From an uncultured Eubacteriales bacterium (lineage in GTDB: Bacteria; Bacillota; Clostridia; Oscillospirales; CAG-272), in NCBI GenBank assembly GCA_900547725.1, contig URHR01000002.1, positions 3,294 to 67,293 of the forward strand: a DNA stretch of 64,000 bases, given 5' to 3'. The translations under genes were made by a program, and so were the position numbers. This document shows, piece by piece, positions 22,157-34,436 of the stretch; the stretch's first letter is position 1, and the number at the start of each line of letters is the position of its first letter. The notes under the pieces were generated by a model, which did not search any database, was not told the origin of the DNA, and saw nothing but the letters and a program-made list of their open reading frames with translations.

Positions 22157-23194
22157 GTGCCGACGCAAGCCGAAACGGTTCAAACAAAACTGAAAAGGGT
22201 TGGCGGGGTTCTGCTTCTGCCGATCCTGTGCGGGGTCATCATGGCAATCGCCTGCCGCCTTGCGGGAACTGCGCTGTTTACCGGGAGCAGTACGTGGCAG
22301 CTGTTCTTTCGCGGCATGGCGTATGTCCTGCTTCTGTCCTTCGGCGTTTCCGTGAATATGCACACGGGGCGGTTTGACTTTTCCACGGGTGCTACCATGC
22401 TTCTCGGCGGCGTTGCGGGCGCACTGATCGCTTACGGGAACGGTTGGGGACCGATTGCTATGCTCTTTATCAGTATGTTGGTGGGCTGTGTGACGGGTCT
22501 GTTCTCGGGGTGGCTGTATGTCCTGCTCCGTCTGCCGCCGATGATCATCGGACTGACCATGACATTGGTTCTGGAGGGCGTGGTTGCCATTATCACCGAC
22601 GGCTGCAAGCCTGTCGGATTCGGGACGGACGCGTCCTATTACCGCTTTGCCGTGACCCCGCTGTGGATGTGCCTGATCATGCTCGCGGCGGTGATTTTTA
22701 TGGTGGTGCTGTTCCACTATACAAAATTCGGCTACGACTACCGTGCGCTTCGGACGGGGCAGAAGATTGCGGTGAGGAGCGGCGTGAACGAAAACGGGAA
22801 CGCGATTGTCTGCTATGCCGTTGCGGGACTGCTGTTCGGCGCGGCGGGGGCGCTTTCGGTCTGCTCCACAAACGGCGTGACCCCGACCATCAATTTTTCC
22901 AGTATCGCCTCCATGTTTTCCTGCTTCCTGCCGCTGTTCTTCTCGGAGTTCATTATGAAATTCTGCAACAAGCAGGTGGCAATTTTTGTGGGATGCGTTG
23001 CGTATGAGTTGATTCAGATCGGTTTCGGACAGATCAGCTTTGCGGACGCGGGCTTTACCGCCGACGTTTACAAGGTGGTCGAGGCGGTGATACTGGTTCT
23101 GTTCCTGATCTATCTGAACAACGAAGATACCGTCACGGAATTCGTAACCCTGCGGCGGAAGCGCCGGACGGGGGAGAGGAGCGCACACACATGA
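22157..23194 (+). CDS. ABC transporter permease (second RbsC-like subunit)
   Basis: Polytopic 345-aa protein, paralogous in character to 19905-20900. GTG start. Confidence 0.8.
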   Translation: MPTQAETVQTKLKRVGGVLLLPILCGVIMAIACRLAGTALFTGSSTWQLFFRGMAYVLLLSFGVSVNMHTGRFDFSTGATMLLGGVAGALIAYGNGWGPIAMLFISMLVGCVTGLFSGWLYVLLRLPPMIIGLTMTLVLEGVVAIITDGCKPVGFGTDASYYRFAVTPLWMCLIMLAAVIFMVVLFHYTKFGYDYRALRTGQKIAVRSGVNENGNAIVCYAVAGLLFGAAGALSVCSTNGVTPTINFSSIASMFSCFLPLFFSEFIMKFCNKQVAIFVGCVAYELIQIGFGQISFADAGFTADVYKVVEAVILVLFLIYLNNEDTVTEFVTLRRKRRTGERSAHT

Positions 23195-24933
23195 GCGAGA
23201 GAAGAGAGAGGCTGACTGCCGCCCCGTTCCGGCTGGACGGGAAGCAGGCGGATTGGGTGGAGGACACATTGGCTTCCATGTCGACCGAGGATCGCTTGCG
23301 CCAGTTGTTCTGCCTCATCACCTACAGCGACAACGAAGAGGATCTGCGTCGCCTTGCCGAGCAGATCCGTCCCGGGGGGATCATGAGCCGCGCTGTTCCC
23401 ACCGAGCAGGCTTTGCGCACAATCCGGACGTTGCAGGAGTATTCCCATATTCCGATGCTCATCAGCGCCAATCTCGAATCGGGCGGAAACGGGCTTCTGT
23501 CGGACGGCAGTTTCTTTGCCCGTCCCATGGCGATCGCTGCGACCGACGACACCGAGCAGGCGCGAAGGTTGGGCGAGATCTGCGGAACAGAGGGCGCGGC
23601 AGTCGGTGCGAACTGGTCCTTTGCGCCGATCGTTGACATCGATTACAACTGGCGCAATCCGATTACCAACACCCGCACGTTCGGCTCTGATCCCGAGCGC
23701 GTTCGTCGCATGGGCGTGGCGTATGTGACTGAGTTGCAGAAGCACGGCATGGCGGCGTGTTGTAAGCATTTCCCCGGGGACGGGCGGGACGAACGCGATC
23801 AGCACATTGCGCCGTCGGTCAACGACCTTTCCTGCGGCGAGTGGGACAGAACCTACGGAATGGTCTACCGCGCCATGATTGCGGCGGGCGTGATGAGCGT
23901 GATGATCGGGCATATTCTCATGCCTGCCTACAGCCGTCGCTTTGCACCCGATCTGCGCGACAGCGACCTGTTGCCCGCGTCGGTCAGCTATGAACTTGTA
24001 ACCAAGCTGCTGCGCGAACAACTCGGATTCAACGGGCTGATCGTGACCGATTCCTCCACGATGGCGGGCGTGACCGCGTTGCTTCCGCGTGACAAACTGG
24101 TTCCGATGAGCATTGCGGCGGGGTGCGATATGTTCCTCTTCACCAAAGACCTTGAAGAGGATATCGGGTTCATGACCGATGGGCTGCGCCGCGGAATTCT
24201 GACCGAAGAACGGCTTGCCGAGGCGGTTACGCGGATTCTTGCTCTCAAGGCGGCACTCCGTCTGCCAGAAAAACGCGAGGCGGGACGGCTGATTCCGCGC
24301 GCCGAGGACGCCGGACGGCAGGTGGGACAGCCGTTGTTTGCCGAATGGAGCAGAATCTGCGCCGACCGTTCGGTTACGCTGGTCAAGGAGGAGAGCGGGG
24401 TTCTTCCGCTGACCCCAGAGAGATACCCGCGCGTGCTGTTCTGTCCTTTGGACAACCGGAGTGCGGGACCGTCCTTCTTTACCGCCGAGGGGAGCGCCAA
24501 CAAACGGTTTCGGGAACTGCTCGCGGCAAACGGATTTGACGTAACGGTCTTTGAGCCGGCGCAGGGCATGGAGGGCTTCATGACCCCCGTGCGGGATATC
24601 GTGGAAAAATACGACCTGATCGTGTATTCCGCCGAGTTGGTCACGCGGTCGAATCAGACCGTGGTGCGTCCCGAGTGGAGCAACCCGATGGGGGCGAATG
24701 TCCCCGTGTGGTGTCACTCTGTTCCAACCGTGTTTGTGTCGTTTGAGAATCCGTATCATCTGGTCGACGTGCCGCAGATGAGAACCTTTGTCAATTGCTA
24801 CGGCGGAAGCGAGACGGTCGTGCGCGCCGCAGTGGAAAAACTGATGGGGAAGAGCCGCTTTCAGGGAAAATCTCCCGTAGACCCGTTCTGCGGAAAATGG
24901 GAAGCGAAAATCGCGGGATTCGGAATCAAATAA
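23191..24933 (+). CDS. Glycoside hydrolase family 3 protein (NagZ/beta-glucosidase-like)
   Basis: KHFPGDGRDERDQH and LIVTDSSTMAGV match the GH3 N-terminal domain signatures. Start overlaps the permease stop. Confidence 0.88.
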   Translation: MSERRERLTAAPFRLDGKQADWVEDTLASMSTEDRLRQLFCLITYSDNEEDLRRLAEQIRPGGIMSRAVPTEQALRTIRTLQEYSHIPMLISANLESGGNGLLSDGSFFARPMAIAATDDTEQARRLGEICGTEGAAVGANWSFAPIVDIDYNWRNPITNTRTFGSDPERVRRMGVAYVTELQKHGMAACCKHFPGDGRDERDQHIAPSVNDLSCGEWDRTYGMVYRAMIAAGVMSVMIGHILMPAYSRRFAPDLRDSDLLPASVSYELVTKLLREQLGFNGLIVTDSSTMAGVTALLPRDKLVPMSIAAGCDMFLFTKDLEEDIGFMTDGLRRGILTEERLAEAVTRILALKAALRLPEKREAGRLIPRAEDAGRQVGQPLFAEWSRICADRSVTLVKEESGVLPLTPERYPRVLFCPLDNRSAGPSFFTAEGSANKRFRELLAANGFDVTVFEPAQGMEGFMTPVRDIVEKYDLIVYSAELVTRSNQTVVRPEWSNPMGANVPVWCHSVPTVFVSFENPYHLVDVPQMRTFVNCYGGSETVVRAAVEKLMGKSRFQGKSPVDPFCGKWEAKIAGFGIK

Positions 24934-24971
24934 ACCTTTATTATCGGCGAGAGATGCCTTTCCGCAAACAA

Positions 24972-25010
24972 ACAGCCCCGCCCCGGAAAAATCCGAGGCG
25001 GGGCTGTTTT
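24972..25010. terminator. Bidirectional intrinsic terminator between GH3 gene and rpe
   Basis: ACAGCCCCGCC...GGCGGGGCTGT with T-runs on both strands. Confidence 0.8.
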
Positions 25011-25017
25011 CTATGTT

Positions 25018-25686
25018 TTATTTCTCTTTCTTCGGTTCTGCACCGCTCCGCATCTGTGCGATGACCGCGCGCGGTCGCTTGGACTGGAAGATCGCCGAGC
25101 CTGCCACAATGACATTCGCGCCCGCGTCCGTGGCGAGTTTCACATTCTCCGGCTTCAGTCCGCCGTCTACCTCAAGGTCAAGCGGCAATCCCTGCGCCGT
25201 GATATACCGCCGGATTACCCGCACCTTTTCCAACGTTTCGGGAATGAGTGCCTGCCCGCCGAAGCCCGGGACAACCGTCATCACCAACGCCATGTCAAGT
25301 TCCCGCAGATAGGGCAGGATCGCTTCCACAGGCGTGGCAGGGGAGATCGCAAGACCTACCCGTACCTCCCGCTCCCGTATCGCGCGGAGCGTTGCCCGCA
25401 CATCCGCGCAAGCCTCCAGATGAACGGTGATGATGTCCGCGCCTGCTTTGACAAAATCCCCGATGTAGCGAATCGGCTCGCGGATCATCAGATGAACGTC
25501 GAAAATCAGCTTGCTGTTGCGGCGCAACGCCGCGATGACGGGCGCGCCGAAACTGATGTTCGGAACAAACATTCCGTCCATGACGTCGAGATGCAGATAG
25601 TTCGCACCCGCGTCTGTCACACGTCTGACACTGCTTTCCAGATTGGCAAAATCCGCCGCCAACAAAGAGGGGGCAATGTAAATCAT
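25018..25686 (-). CDS. rpe: Ribulose-phosphate 3-epimerase
   Basis: IAPSLLAADFANL, LHLDVMDGMFVPNISFG, DVHLM and VDGG motifs. Confidence 0.96.
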   Translation of the reverse strand: MIYIAPSLLAADFANLESSVRRVTDAGANYLHLDVMDGMFVPNISFGAPVIAALRRNSKLIFDVHLMIREPIRYIGDFVKAGADIITVHLEACADVRATLRAIREREVRVGLAISPATPVEAILPYLRELDMALVMTVVPGFGGQALIPETLEKVRVIRRYITAQGLPLDLEVDGGLKPENVKLATDAGANVIVAGSAIFQSKRPRAVIAQMRSGAEPKKEK

Positions 25687-25808
25687 AACAGAAACCTCAC
25701 TTACAGAAAAAATACGAAATGTGTCTGACTGCTTTTGTCAGATTTTGGGGAAGCCCCATATACTGTACCGAAAGCCCGCACGGGGCGGCGCGGCAGAATG
25801 TCGAAAAA

Positions 25809-26330
25809 TCAGGACGTCCCGTTTGCGTCCGCGTCCGAGCCGTGCTCAGAATAGATCAGCGCAACCGCGTGCGCCGCAATTCCGAGGCGCTCGCCGGTAA
25901 AGCCCAAGCCTTCCTCGGTGGTTGCCTTGACGCTGACCGCGCCGACGGAAACCCCGAGCGCCGCCGCAATGTTCTCCCGCATACGGAGGATGTGCGGCGC
26001 AAGCTTGGGTGCCTGCGCCAGAACCGTTGCGTCCACATTGCCGATCTCATAGCCCGCGCCGCGGACAACCTCCGCCACGCGCGAAGCAAGCGCCAGACTG
26101 TCCGCGCCCGCATAGGTCGGGTCGGTGTCGGGGAACAGTTTCCCAATGTCGCCGAGCGCCGCCGCGCCGAGCAGTGCGTCCATAACGGCATGGACAAGCA
26201 CGTCCGCGTCCGAATGACCGAGCAGACCGCGGCTGTGGGGAATCGTGACCCCGCCGAGAATCAGCGGTCGACCTTCAACCAACCGGTGCACGTCATAACC
26301 GTGCCCGATGCGGAAGGGGAGCGCCGTCAT
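25809..26330 (-). CDS. ispF: 2-C-methyl-D-erythritol 2,4-cyclodiphosphate synthase
   Basis: [12 protein letters not shown]...[19 protein letters not shown]. The ATG at 26330 overlaps the ispD stop (ATGA). The longer track ORF is an upstream extension. Confidence 0.95.
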   Translation of the reverse strand: MTALPFRIGHGYDVHRLVEGRPLILGGVTIPHSRGLLGHSDADVLVHAVMDALLGAAALGDIGKLFPDTDPTYAGADSLALASRVAEVVRGAGYEIGNVDATVLAQAPKLAPHILRMRENIAAALGVSVGAVSVKATTEEGLGFTGERLGIAAHAVALIYSEHGSDADANGTS

Positions 26331-27088
26331 GCTTTTTCGTCCCGATGACGGGCGGCAAGAATCGCACCCGCTATGCGCAGGTCTTCCGGCGTGGTCACCT
26401 TCATGTTTTCTTTTCTGCATTCCACCATCTGAACCCGATAACCGAGGTGCTCGATCAGCTCGTTGTCGTCAGTTCCCACAAAGCCGTCGCTTGCCGCACG
26501 GCTCTGCGCCGCCGCATAAAGCGCGATGTGGAACACCTGCGGCGTCTGCGCTTCCCAAAGCGTTTCACGATCCAGCGTTTCGAGAATTGCGCCGCCGCGC
26601 GATACCCGTTTGACCGTTCCCGTCATCCGGATTCCCGCACTTGCGGCTTTCTTGCGGTATGCCGCGCCGCAGACCATTTCAATCTCGGTTGGCGTAATGA
26701 GGCAACGCGCCCCGTCCGCAATTGCAACATAGCGGATGTCAGATCCGATGACCGAGAAGGCGCGGAGCGCCGATTCCTGCCGATTCTTTCCGCCGATGAC
26801 GACTGCGGTCAGCTTGGTGATACGGTAGTCCTCGCAGAGCGCGACCACCGTGTCCACGTCTTTCTCCCGCGCCGCAATGATGATTTCGGTAATCAACGGG
26901 GATTGCTGATAGGCGAGGAGGGTGTGCGCAAGAACCGGAATTCCCCCGAGAGCAAGAAACTGTTTGGAGGTTTCTCCGCCCATGCGCGATGAATTTCCCG
27001 CCGCAAGAATCAGCGCGGCGGTACGGTTTTTCGGATTGCTTGCAAGAAGTAAATTCGCGGTCTGATGGGTCACTTGTCCCATAATCAA
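26327..27088 (-). CDS. ispD: 2-C-methyl-D-erythritol 4-phosphate cytidylyltransferase
   Basis: [18 protein letters not shown] signature, 253 aa, translationally coupled to ispF. Confidence 0.93.
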   Translation of the reverse strand: MIMGQVTHQTANLLLASNPKNRTAALILAAGNSSRMGGETSKQFLALGGIPVLAHTLLAYQQSPLITEIIIAAREKDVDTVVALCEDYRITKLTAVVIGGKNRQESALRAFSVIGSDIRYVAIADGARCLITPTEIEMVCGAAYRKKAASAGIRMTGTVKRVSRGGAILETLDRETLWEAQTPQVFHIALYAAAQSRAASDGFVGTDDNELIEHLGYRVQMVECRKENMKVTTPEDLRIAGAILAARHRDEKA

Positions 27089-27133
27089 GCCCTGCCTTTC
27101 TGTGCGTGATGCCGGATGTTAACCGTTTACAGT

Positions 27134-27589
27134 TTACAGTTCGTCCTCTTCGATCGCGCGGATCATATCCACCCGCCGCGCGTGTTTGCCGCCCTCGAAT
27201 TCCGCGCCGAGGAAGGCGTCTACCAGATCGCAGGCAACGCCCGCGCCCACCACGCGCTCACCGAAGCAGAGCACATTTGCGTCGTTGTGCTGACGGGTCA
27301 GTCGCGCCGAGAAGGTATCGGAGCAGACCGCCGCGCGGATGCCGCGATGCTTGTTGGCGGCAATGGACATTCCGACGCCCGTTCCGCAGACCAGAATGCC
27401 GAGTTCGGTTACGCCGTCCTGAATGTTTTTGCAGACCCGATGCGCGAACACAGGGTAATCGCAACTTGCTTCGCTGTCTGTCCCCACGTCCAGAACTTCA
27501 ATTCCGAGTTCCTTCAGATGCGCAATGACCTTCAGCTTCAGCCCGTAGCCCGCATGATCCGAGCCGATCGTAATTTTCGTCGTTTTCAT
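27134..27589 (-). CDS. rpiB: Ribose-5-phosphate isomerase B
   Basis: KITIGSDHAGYGLK...ILVCGTGVGMSIAANK (RpiB/LacAB family). Confidence 0.95.
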   Translation of the reverse strand: MKTTKITIGSDHAGYGLKLKVIAHLKELGIEVLDVGTDSEASCDYPVFAHRVCKNIQDGVTELGILVCGTGVGMSIAANKHRGIRAAVCSDTFSARLTRQHNDANVLCFGERVVGAGVACDLVDAFLGAEFEGGKHARRVDMIRAIEEDEL

Positions 27590-27617
27590 GATATTGTGTT
27601 TCCTTTCGGATAAAAAA

Positions 27618-28310
27618 TCAGCTTTTCAAACGTTCCAGACGTTCGCGTTCCGCCTGACAGGGGCGGAGATAAACGGGGGAGAGCGTTGCGTCCGACCCAC
27701 GTGCGCCGCGCGCATATGCCGCCTCTGCCGCATATGCCACCGCCGCCGCAGAAGCCCGCAACAGCGGCGCGGCAACCGTTCCGACCACGTGCGTGACGGC
27801 ATCGGTTGCAAGGCGGGAAGCGTCCCCGACAAAAAGGACGGGTTCTGCATAGCCCGCAAGGCGCTCGTCCAACCCGTCGACCGGGCAGACTTCGTCGTCG
27901 GTCAGGCGCGTGATCCTGCCGCTCTCGGAGCGGAACAGCGCCGTGTAAACCTGCCTGCGCCGCGCGTTCAGAACCGGACAGATCAAGCCGTCCTGCCCGC
28001 GCAGCCCGTAGGCGAGCGCTTCGAGCGAGGAAACGCCGAGACAGCATTTCCCGCTTTCGAACGCCAACCCCTTAACGGTTGCCGCGCCGATGCGGATGCC
28101 CGTAAAAGAACCCGGACCTACCGAGACCGCGAACAGATCAACGTCCGCAAGCGTTCTGCCGGTCAGGCGGAAGAGCATATCCGCCATCGGAAGCAGGGTC
28201 TCGCTGTGAGTGTTGCCGTTGTCGAGCGTCAGTTCCGCCAACGTGCGCCCGTCCTCGGTCAGCGCAACCGAGGCAACTGCCGCCGCACTTTCCAGTGCCA
28301 GAGTGATCAT
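27618..28310 (-). CDS. tsaB: tRNA t6A37 biosynthesis protein TsaB
   Basis: ITLALESAAAVASVAL...SVGPGSFTGIRIG, typical of TsaB (YeaZ). Confidence 0.9.
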   Translation of the reverse strand: MITLALESAAAVASVALTEDGRTLAELTLDNGNTHSETLLPMADMLFRLTGRTLADVDLFAVSVGPGSFTGIRIGAATVKGLAFESGKCCLGVSSLEALAYGLRGQDGLICPVLNARRRQVYTALFRSESGRITRLTDDEVCPVDGLDERLAGYAEPVLFVGDASRLATDAVTHVVGTVAAPLLRASAAAVAYAAEAAYARGARGSDATLSPVYLRPCQAERERLERLKS

Positions 28311-28783
28311 GCGCCCGCGCCTCCGATCTGCTCGATCGTCAGGGTGCGGCTGTCGGGCTTGTCCGCGTCATCCTTGCACAGTGCCACCCGCACATAATCG
28401 TCGGGCAGGGCATAGGGGATGTTCTCGCTCCATTCCACCAGACAGATGCCCGGGCGGTCGAGGTAATCGTAAAACCCGATTGAGAGCAGATCATCCTCGT
28501 TGGAGATGCGGTACATATCGAAATGGAACAGCGGTCGCGGTTTTGCCTTGTATTCGTTGACCAATGCAAAGGTGGGCGAACGAACCGTGACTCCGGGGGC
28601 AATGACCGAGGCGAACCCGCGCACAAAGGCGGTTTTTCCGACCCCAAGATCCCCGTATAGTGCAATGAACGGGGGAATCCCCGCGTCGTCCAGCATTTGT
28701 TTCGCCAATTCGGCGCCGCACGCTTCGGTCTCGGCGGTGCTTTGCGTCCGCACAGTCATCAGTTTTTTCATCGGTTTTTCCAT
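28307..28783 (-). CDS. tsaE: tRNA t6A37 biosynthesis ATPase TsaE
   Basis: P-loop LYGDLGVGKTAFVRG and HFDMYR, EW motifs. Start is uncertain (the ATG at 28783 has the better RBS; the track start is 28801). Confidence 0.88.
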   Translation of the reverse strand: MEKPMKKLMTVRTQSTAETEACGAELAKQMLDDAGIPPFIALYGDLGVGKTAFVRGFASVIAPGVTVRSPTFALVNEYKAKPRPLFHFDMYRISNEDDLLSIGFYDYLDRPGICLVEWSENIPYALPDDYVRVALCKDDADKPDSRTLTIEQIGGAGA

Positions 28784-28849
28784 CTCCGCTCTCCATATCA
28801 TTCCATCCTATATTATAGCACAAAAAAGCGGTTTTGTAAAGGGGGTAGC

Positions 28850-29089
28850 TTATTTTTCTTTGTCCGCTTCGGTTTTTGCTTCTTTTTTGCGGAATTCGTT
28901 CAGCGGCGTTCTGGAGCCGTCGGGGCGTTCCACAACGGTGTGATCGAGAATTCCCTGAAAATGCGCGCGGAATTCCCGGATGTATTCTTCCCGCAGAGCC
29001 GCCTGCTCGATTTTTTCCTCTTCCGAAAGTTCCGCCTCGCGCGATTTCTTCGCCAGATGGTTCAGGCGATCCTTTTTATGCTGTTCCAT
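28850..29089 (-). CDS. DUF896/UPF0291 family small protein
   Basis: 79 aa. INHLAKKSREAELSEEEKIEQAALREEYIREFR matches the YnzC-like helical family. Confidence 0.75.
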   Translation of the reverse strand: MEQHKKDRLNHLAKKSREAELSEEEKIEQAALREEYIREFRAHFQGILDHTVVERPDGSRTPLNEFRKKEAKTEADKEK

Positions 29090-29101
29090 ATGTTCTTCCT
29101 C

Positions 29102-29821
29102 CTAACATTCTAACAAAAAAACAGTTCCCACATCGGTCAGCGGTTCGTCTGGAATTCCGCAGACCCGCATTCCGTGCGCCGTGATGGCGGCGGTCAGCTT
29201 CGCGCCGTCCGGGTAGCGTCCGGGATCGCCGCAGAAAAAGACAATGTCGCACCCGCCGTAGGGCGCAAAAGATGTCGCGCCGCCGATCAAGCCCGTGCTG
29301 TAGCCGTCCAGTACGATGCCGCCCGCAGTCAGCCGTACCGTTTCCAAGCCCGCCCGCGCCGCCGCGCCGAGGATGGACGGATCTGCGCTTGCAAGCGTCG
29401 CTTCTCCGATCGGGAGAGAAGCGCACTTAGCGTAGCCCTGCTTTACCGCAGCCGTCCGATACGCGGGGTGCGAGATCAGTTCGGGCGCTGTGGCGCGCGG
29501 CAGGCAGAACAAAAGCCCGCCGATCGGCAACGCGTCCAGAAGAATATCCTGCGGGTAACGGTTTCCGACCTCTCCCGTAACGGTTCGCAGGGGACGGTCG
29601 GCGGCACGGCAGAGCGACTCCAATTCGGTTTGCGCAAGCGCCGCATAGCCCGCCGTTGTATAGATCGCGTCGGGCGCGAAGAAGACCGACAGGTCGGGAT
29701 GCGCCGCCACAGGTTCGGGCAGGCGCGGGTTGCGGGGGAGACGGAGAACCCGAAAGCCCTCCCGCCCGAGAACCCCGTCAAGCGGCGCGGGCGCGGATTC
29801 TCCGATCACAGCCAAGCGCAT
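29102..29821 (-). CDS. Hypothetical protein (239 aa)
   Basis: AAGGAGG RBS before the ATG at 29821. Host-like codon usage. No motif I can assign. Confidence 0.6.
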   Translation of the reverse strand: MRLAVIGESAPAPLDGVLGREGFRVLRLPRNPRLPEPVAAHPDLSVFFAPDAIYTTAGYAALAQTELESLCRAADRPLRTVTGEVGNRYPQDILLDALPIGGLLFCLPRATAPELISHPAYRTAAVKQGYAKCASLPIGEATLASADPSILGAAARAGLETVRLTAGGIVLDGYSTGLIGGATSFAPYGGCDIVFFCGDPGRYPDGAKLTAAITAHGMRVCGIPDEPLTDVGTVFLLEC

Positions 29822-29869
29822 GGCAGACACCTCCTTTAGGCACCATCGGAATTGTGCGGTGATGCCTTT

Positions 29870-29907
29870 ATAAACAGAAAGGGCAGACACAGCGGTTGGT
29901 GTCTGCC
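29870..29907 (-). terminator. Intrinsic terminator downstream of rpmB
   Basis: GGCAGACAC / GTGTCTGCC hairpin, followed on the minus strand by CTTTCTGTTT. Confidence 0.65.
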
Positions 29908-29941
29908 ATACTCTCTATTTGCCGGGATCGGACTGACGATC

Positions 29942-30112
29942 TCAGGCTTTCTTCATGGTGCGCAGGCAACGGGAACAAACGTTGATCGATTTGCTGCCTT
30001 CCAGTCTGATTTTACGGATATTGGGCTTCCAGCTTCTGTTGGTCTTCCGATGCGAGTGCGAGACGTTCTGACCGAACACAACGCCCTTTCCGCAGATACA
30101 GCATTTTGCCAT
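29942..30112 (-). CDS. rpmB: 50S ribosomal protein L28
   Basis: Hand translation of the minus strand gives MAKCCICGKGVVFGQNVSHSHRKTNRSWKPNIRKIRLEGSKSINVCSRCLRTMKKA (56 aa). It is below the ORF-track length cut-off. GGAGGTG RBS upstream. Confidence 0.93.
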   Translation of the reverse strand: MAKCCICGKGVVFGQNVSHSHRKTNRSWKPNIRKIRLEGSKSINVCSRCLRTMKKA

Positions 30113-30181
30113 TTTTGACACCTCCTACATTTAACGCTTCACCGTAGCAATACGGGGCAGAACCACTGTACAACAGCAACC

Positions 30182-30210
30182 ATTATACCATATCTTTTCC
30201 CGAATTGCAA
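30182..30210 (-). promoter_or_regulatory. Sigma-A promoter for rpmB
   Basis: Minus strand reads TTGCAA, 17 nt, then extended -10 TGgTATAAT. Confidence 0.65.
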
Positions 30211-30283
30211 GTGTTTTTTGAAATTTTTTCTGTTTTTCTCAAGTTTTTTTGCGGGGAGACCCGAAAATCGGCAGAATTTTGCC

Positions 30284-32242
30284 TCATTCCTTCCCGCAAG
30301 CCGCCGCAATGCCGCGCAGGAAAGTCTCTCCGAGTCTGCCCGAAACGGTCAACGACGCGAAGTCCGTCACCGTCGGCGCTGTCTCCCCGAGCCGCAGGAT
30401 CAGCCCGCCGTTTCCGGTCAGCATCCGCAGCGCGAACACCGTCTGCGCATCCTGCGGGAGCACGGCTTCGGGGCAAAGGATCAGAATGCGCGAGGTCAGA
30501 AGCCTGCGCGAGATCGGACCGTCTCCGTCCCGTCCGGTCAGAACCTTGCAGTCCGCGCCGACTTCGCACAATGCCGCCGCAAGCGATACCGCCGCCGCAT
30601 CGTGGGTGCGGGACAGCACGGTGATTTCGTAGCGGTCGCTCCAGATATATTTTCCGATGCGTTCGGGAAGCGCGAGCGGCTTTTCATCGGTTACCGTCGT
30701 CGAAAGCTCGGTTGCAGCCGTCCCGATGCGGGAATAGGGAAGCGTTGTTCCCTCCATAATCAGCCCGAGCGGCAATCGGTGTCCTGCCGATTCCGCGTCC
30801 GCAAGACGGCAGGTCAGACCGTTGCCTGCAGTCCGGGCGATGCAGTTGCCTAAGGTTTCGCCGACCGCAAGCCGCGCGCTGAACAGTTTTCCGCTCTGTG
30901 CGTGTGTGCGGACTTCGGTCAGAAGCCGCCGCAGGAGCGCGAAGTCGGGAATGCCCGCTTCGGTCATCACGGGTGTCACGCAAAAGATCCCGTTGCCCGC
31001 CGCGCGATAGGTCGGCGGGACTACATCCGCGCTCTCCGCAACTGCCCAGACCGTCAGTTCGGGCGCGGTCAGGCTGTCGTCCGCCTCGGCAAACAGCGCC
31101 GCCGGCGTTGCGAATTCCATCTGCGCGCGATAGATGCCGAGAATGCTTGCGGCAAGCCCGCTCTCGGATTCCGCATCGGTCGGGGTCGGAAGCCGCAGAC
31201 CGATTCCCAGACGGATATCCGGGTAATCCGCGCCGGCCGCCGCAAGCGAGAGCAGGGGCGCGAGAACCGTTGCCATTGCCGCGCGGAAGCCGCCCGCGCC
31301 GAGCGAGCGAACCGCAGATGCGACCGCAAGTCCGTTTTCCGTGACCCGTTCGGGCGGAATTGCAGGCGATTCCAGATAGGGGGAATCCTTTCCCGCAACG
31401 GGAATCCGCGTGATAATCCCCGCGCCGGAATTCTCGGCAGGAATCGCGACCGCCGTTTCCTTTCTCGCGGGAAGCGCGCGGAGCTGTGCCGTGGGAACAC
31501 GCAGAACATCAGCGGCGGAATAGGCGAACGCCATTTCCTCCCGTTCGGTCAGCGCCGCCGCAGAGACAACCGTCACGCCCGCCTCTTCACAGAGAATCCC
31601 CTTGACGCGCTCCGCGTCTTTTCCGTCGACCAGAAGCAACATCGCATGGGGCAACGGAACGAACAGCCGACCGAGCGGGGAGGGCGCGTCGATGCCGTCC
31701 AACCGTTCAGGCGCGAAGAGAATTCCGCCGAATTGCGGGAGCAGAGTCGGCAGAATGCCGTGCTCGCCGACCTTTGCGCTCCACTTTGCCGCCCGCAGGA
31801 CTTCTTTCCGTCCAAGTGTCGCAGAAAGCGCCTCCGCGTTTTCCGCAGAGACCAGAAGCAGAATGTCGCCCGCGGCGGGGCGGTCGTTTTCCCGCTTTGC
31901 CGCTGCACTCAGAAACAACGGAGAGCCGACCGCGCCGAAGTGCGTTTCCGCCGATTCCGTTCCGACCGTCAGCCGCAGATGTCCGACGGTCGGCTGTCTG
32001 CCGCTCCGCGCAAGGTATGCCGAGGCAAGCCCGAACAGCTCGCCGAGCGTTGGCGGCGTGAGCGCCTGCGGGTGCATTTCGCGCCGTTTTTCCAGCATAT
32101 CGCCGTAGGTTTTTGCCACCTCTGCGTCGTCGGTGGCAAGGTGCGCTACCCGCGTGGCGGTCCACCCCGCCGCATGATCCCGCAGGCTGCCGAGGAGCGC
32201 GCGCTCCCCGTCGGTCATCATCCGTTCCCGCTTTTTGCCCAT
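30284..32242 (-). CDS. Hypothetical Ala-rich protein (652 aa), possibly distant PurM/PurL (AIR synthase-related) fold
   Basis: AAGGAG RBS. The start is 3 nt after the mtaB stop. The only motif-like string is TDDAEV, which resembles DDAAV of the PurM superfamily, so the fold assignment is weak. Confidence 0.6.
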   Translation of the reverse strand: MGKKRERMMTDGERALLGSLRDHAAGWTATRVAHLATDDAEVAKTYGDMLEKRREMHPQALTPPTLGELFGLASAYLARSGRQPTVGHLRLTVGTESAETHFGAVGSPLFLSAAAKRENDRPAAGDILLLVSAENAEALSATLGRKEVLRAAKWSAKVGEHGILPTLLPQFGGILFAPERLDGIDAPSPLGRLFVPLPHAMLLLVDGKDAERVKGILCEEAGVTVVSAAALTEREEMAFAYSAADVLRVPTAQLRALPARKETAVAIPAENSGAGIITRIPVAGKDSPYLESPAIPPERVTENGLAVASAVRSLGAGGFRAAMATVLAPLLSLAAAGADYPDIRLGIGLRLPTPTDAESESGLAASILGIYRAQMEFATPAALFAEADDSLTAPELTVWAVAESADVVPPTYRAAGNGIFCVTPVMTEAGIPDFALLRRLLTEVRTHAQSGKLFSARLAVGETLGNCIARTAGNGLTCRLADAESAGHRLPLGLIMEGTTLPYSRIGTAATELSTTVTDEKPLALPERIGKYIWSDRYEITVLSRTHDAAAVSLAAALCEVGADCKVLTGRDGDGPISRRLLTSRILILCPEAVLPQDAQTVFALRMLTGNGGLILRLGETAPTVTDFASLTVSGRLGETFLRGIAAACGKE

Positions 32243-32245
32243 TGC

Positions 32246-34373
<2,128 letters not shown>

Positions 34374-34393
34374 GCGACAAACACCGAAGGAGA

Positions 34394-34428
34394 GCGGAGA
34401 GACGGGTTGCGTCTCTCCGCGCTTTATA
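34394..34428 (+). terminator. Terminator hairpin after upp
   Basis: GCGGAGAGACG-GGTTG-CGTCTCTCCGC followed by a T-rich tract. Confidence 0.7.
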
Positions 34429-34436
34429 CTTTATAT

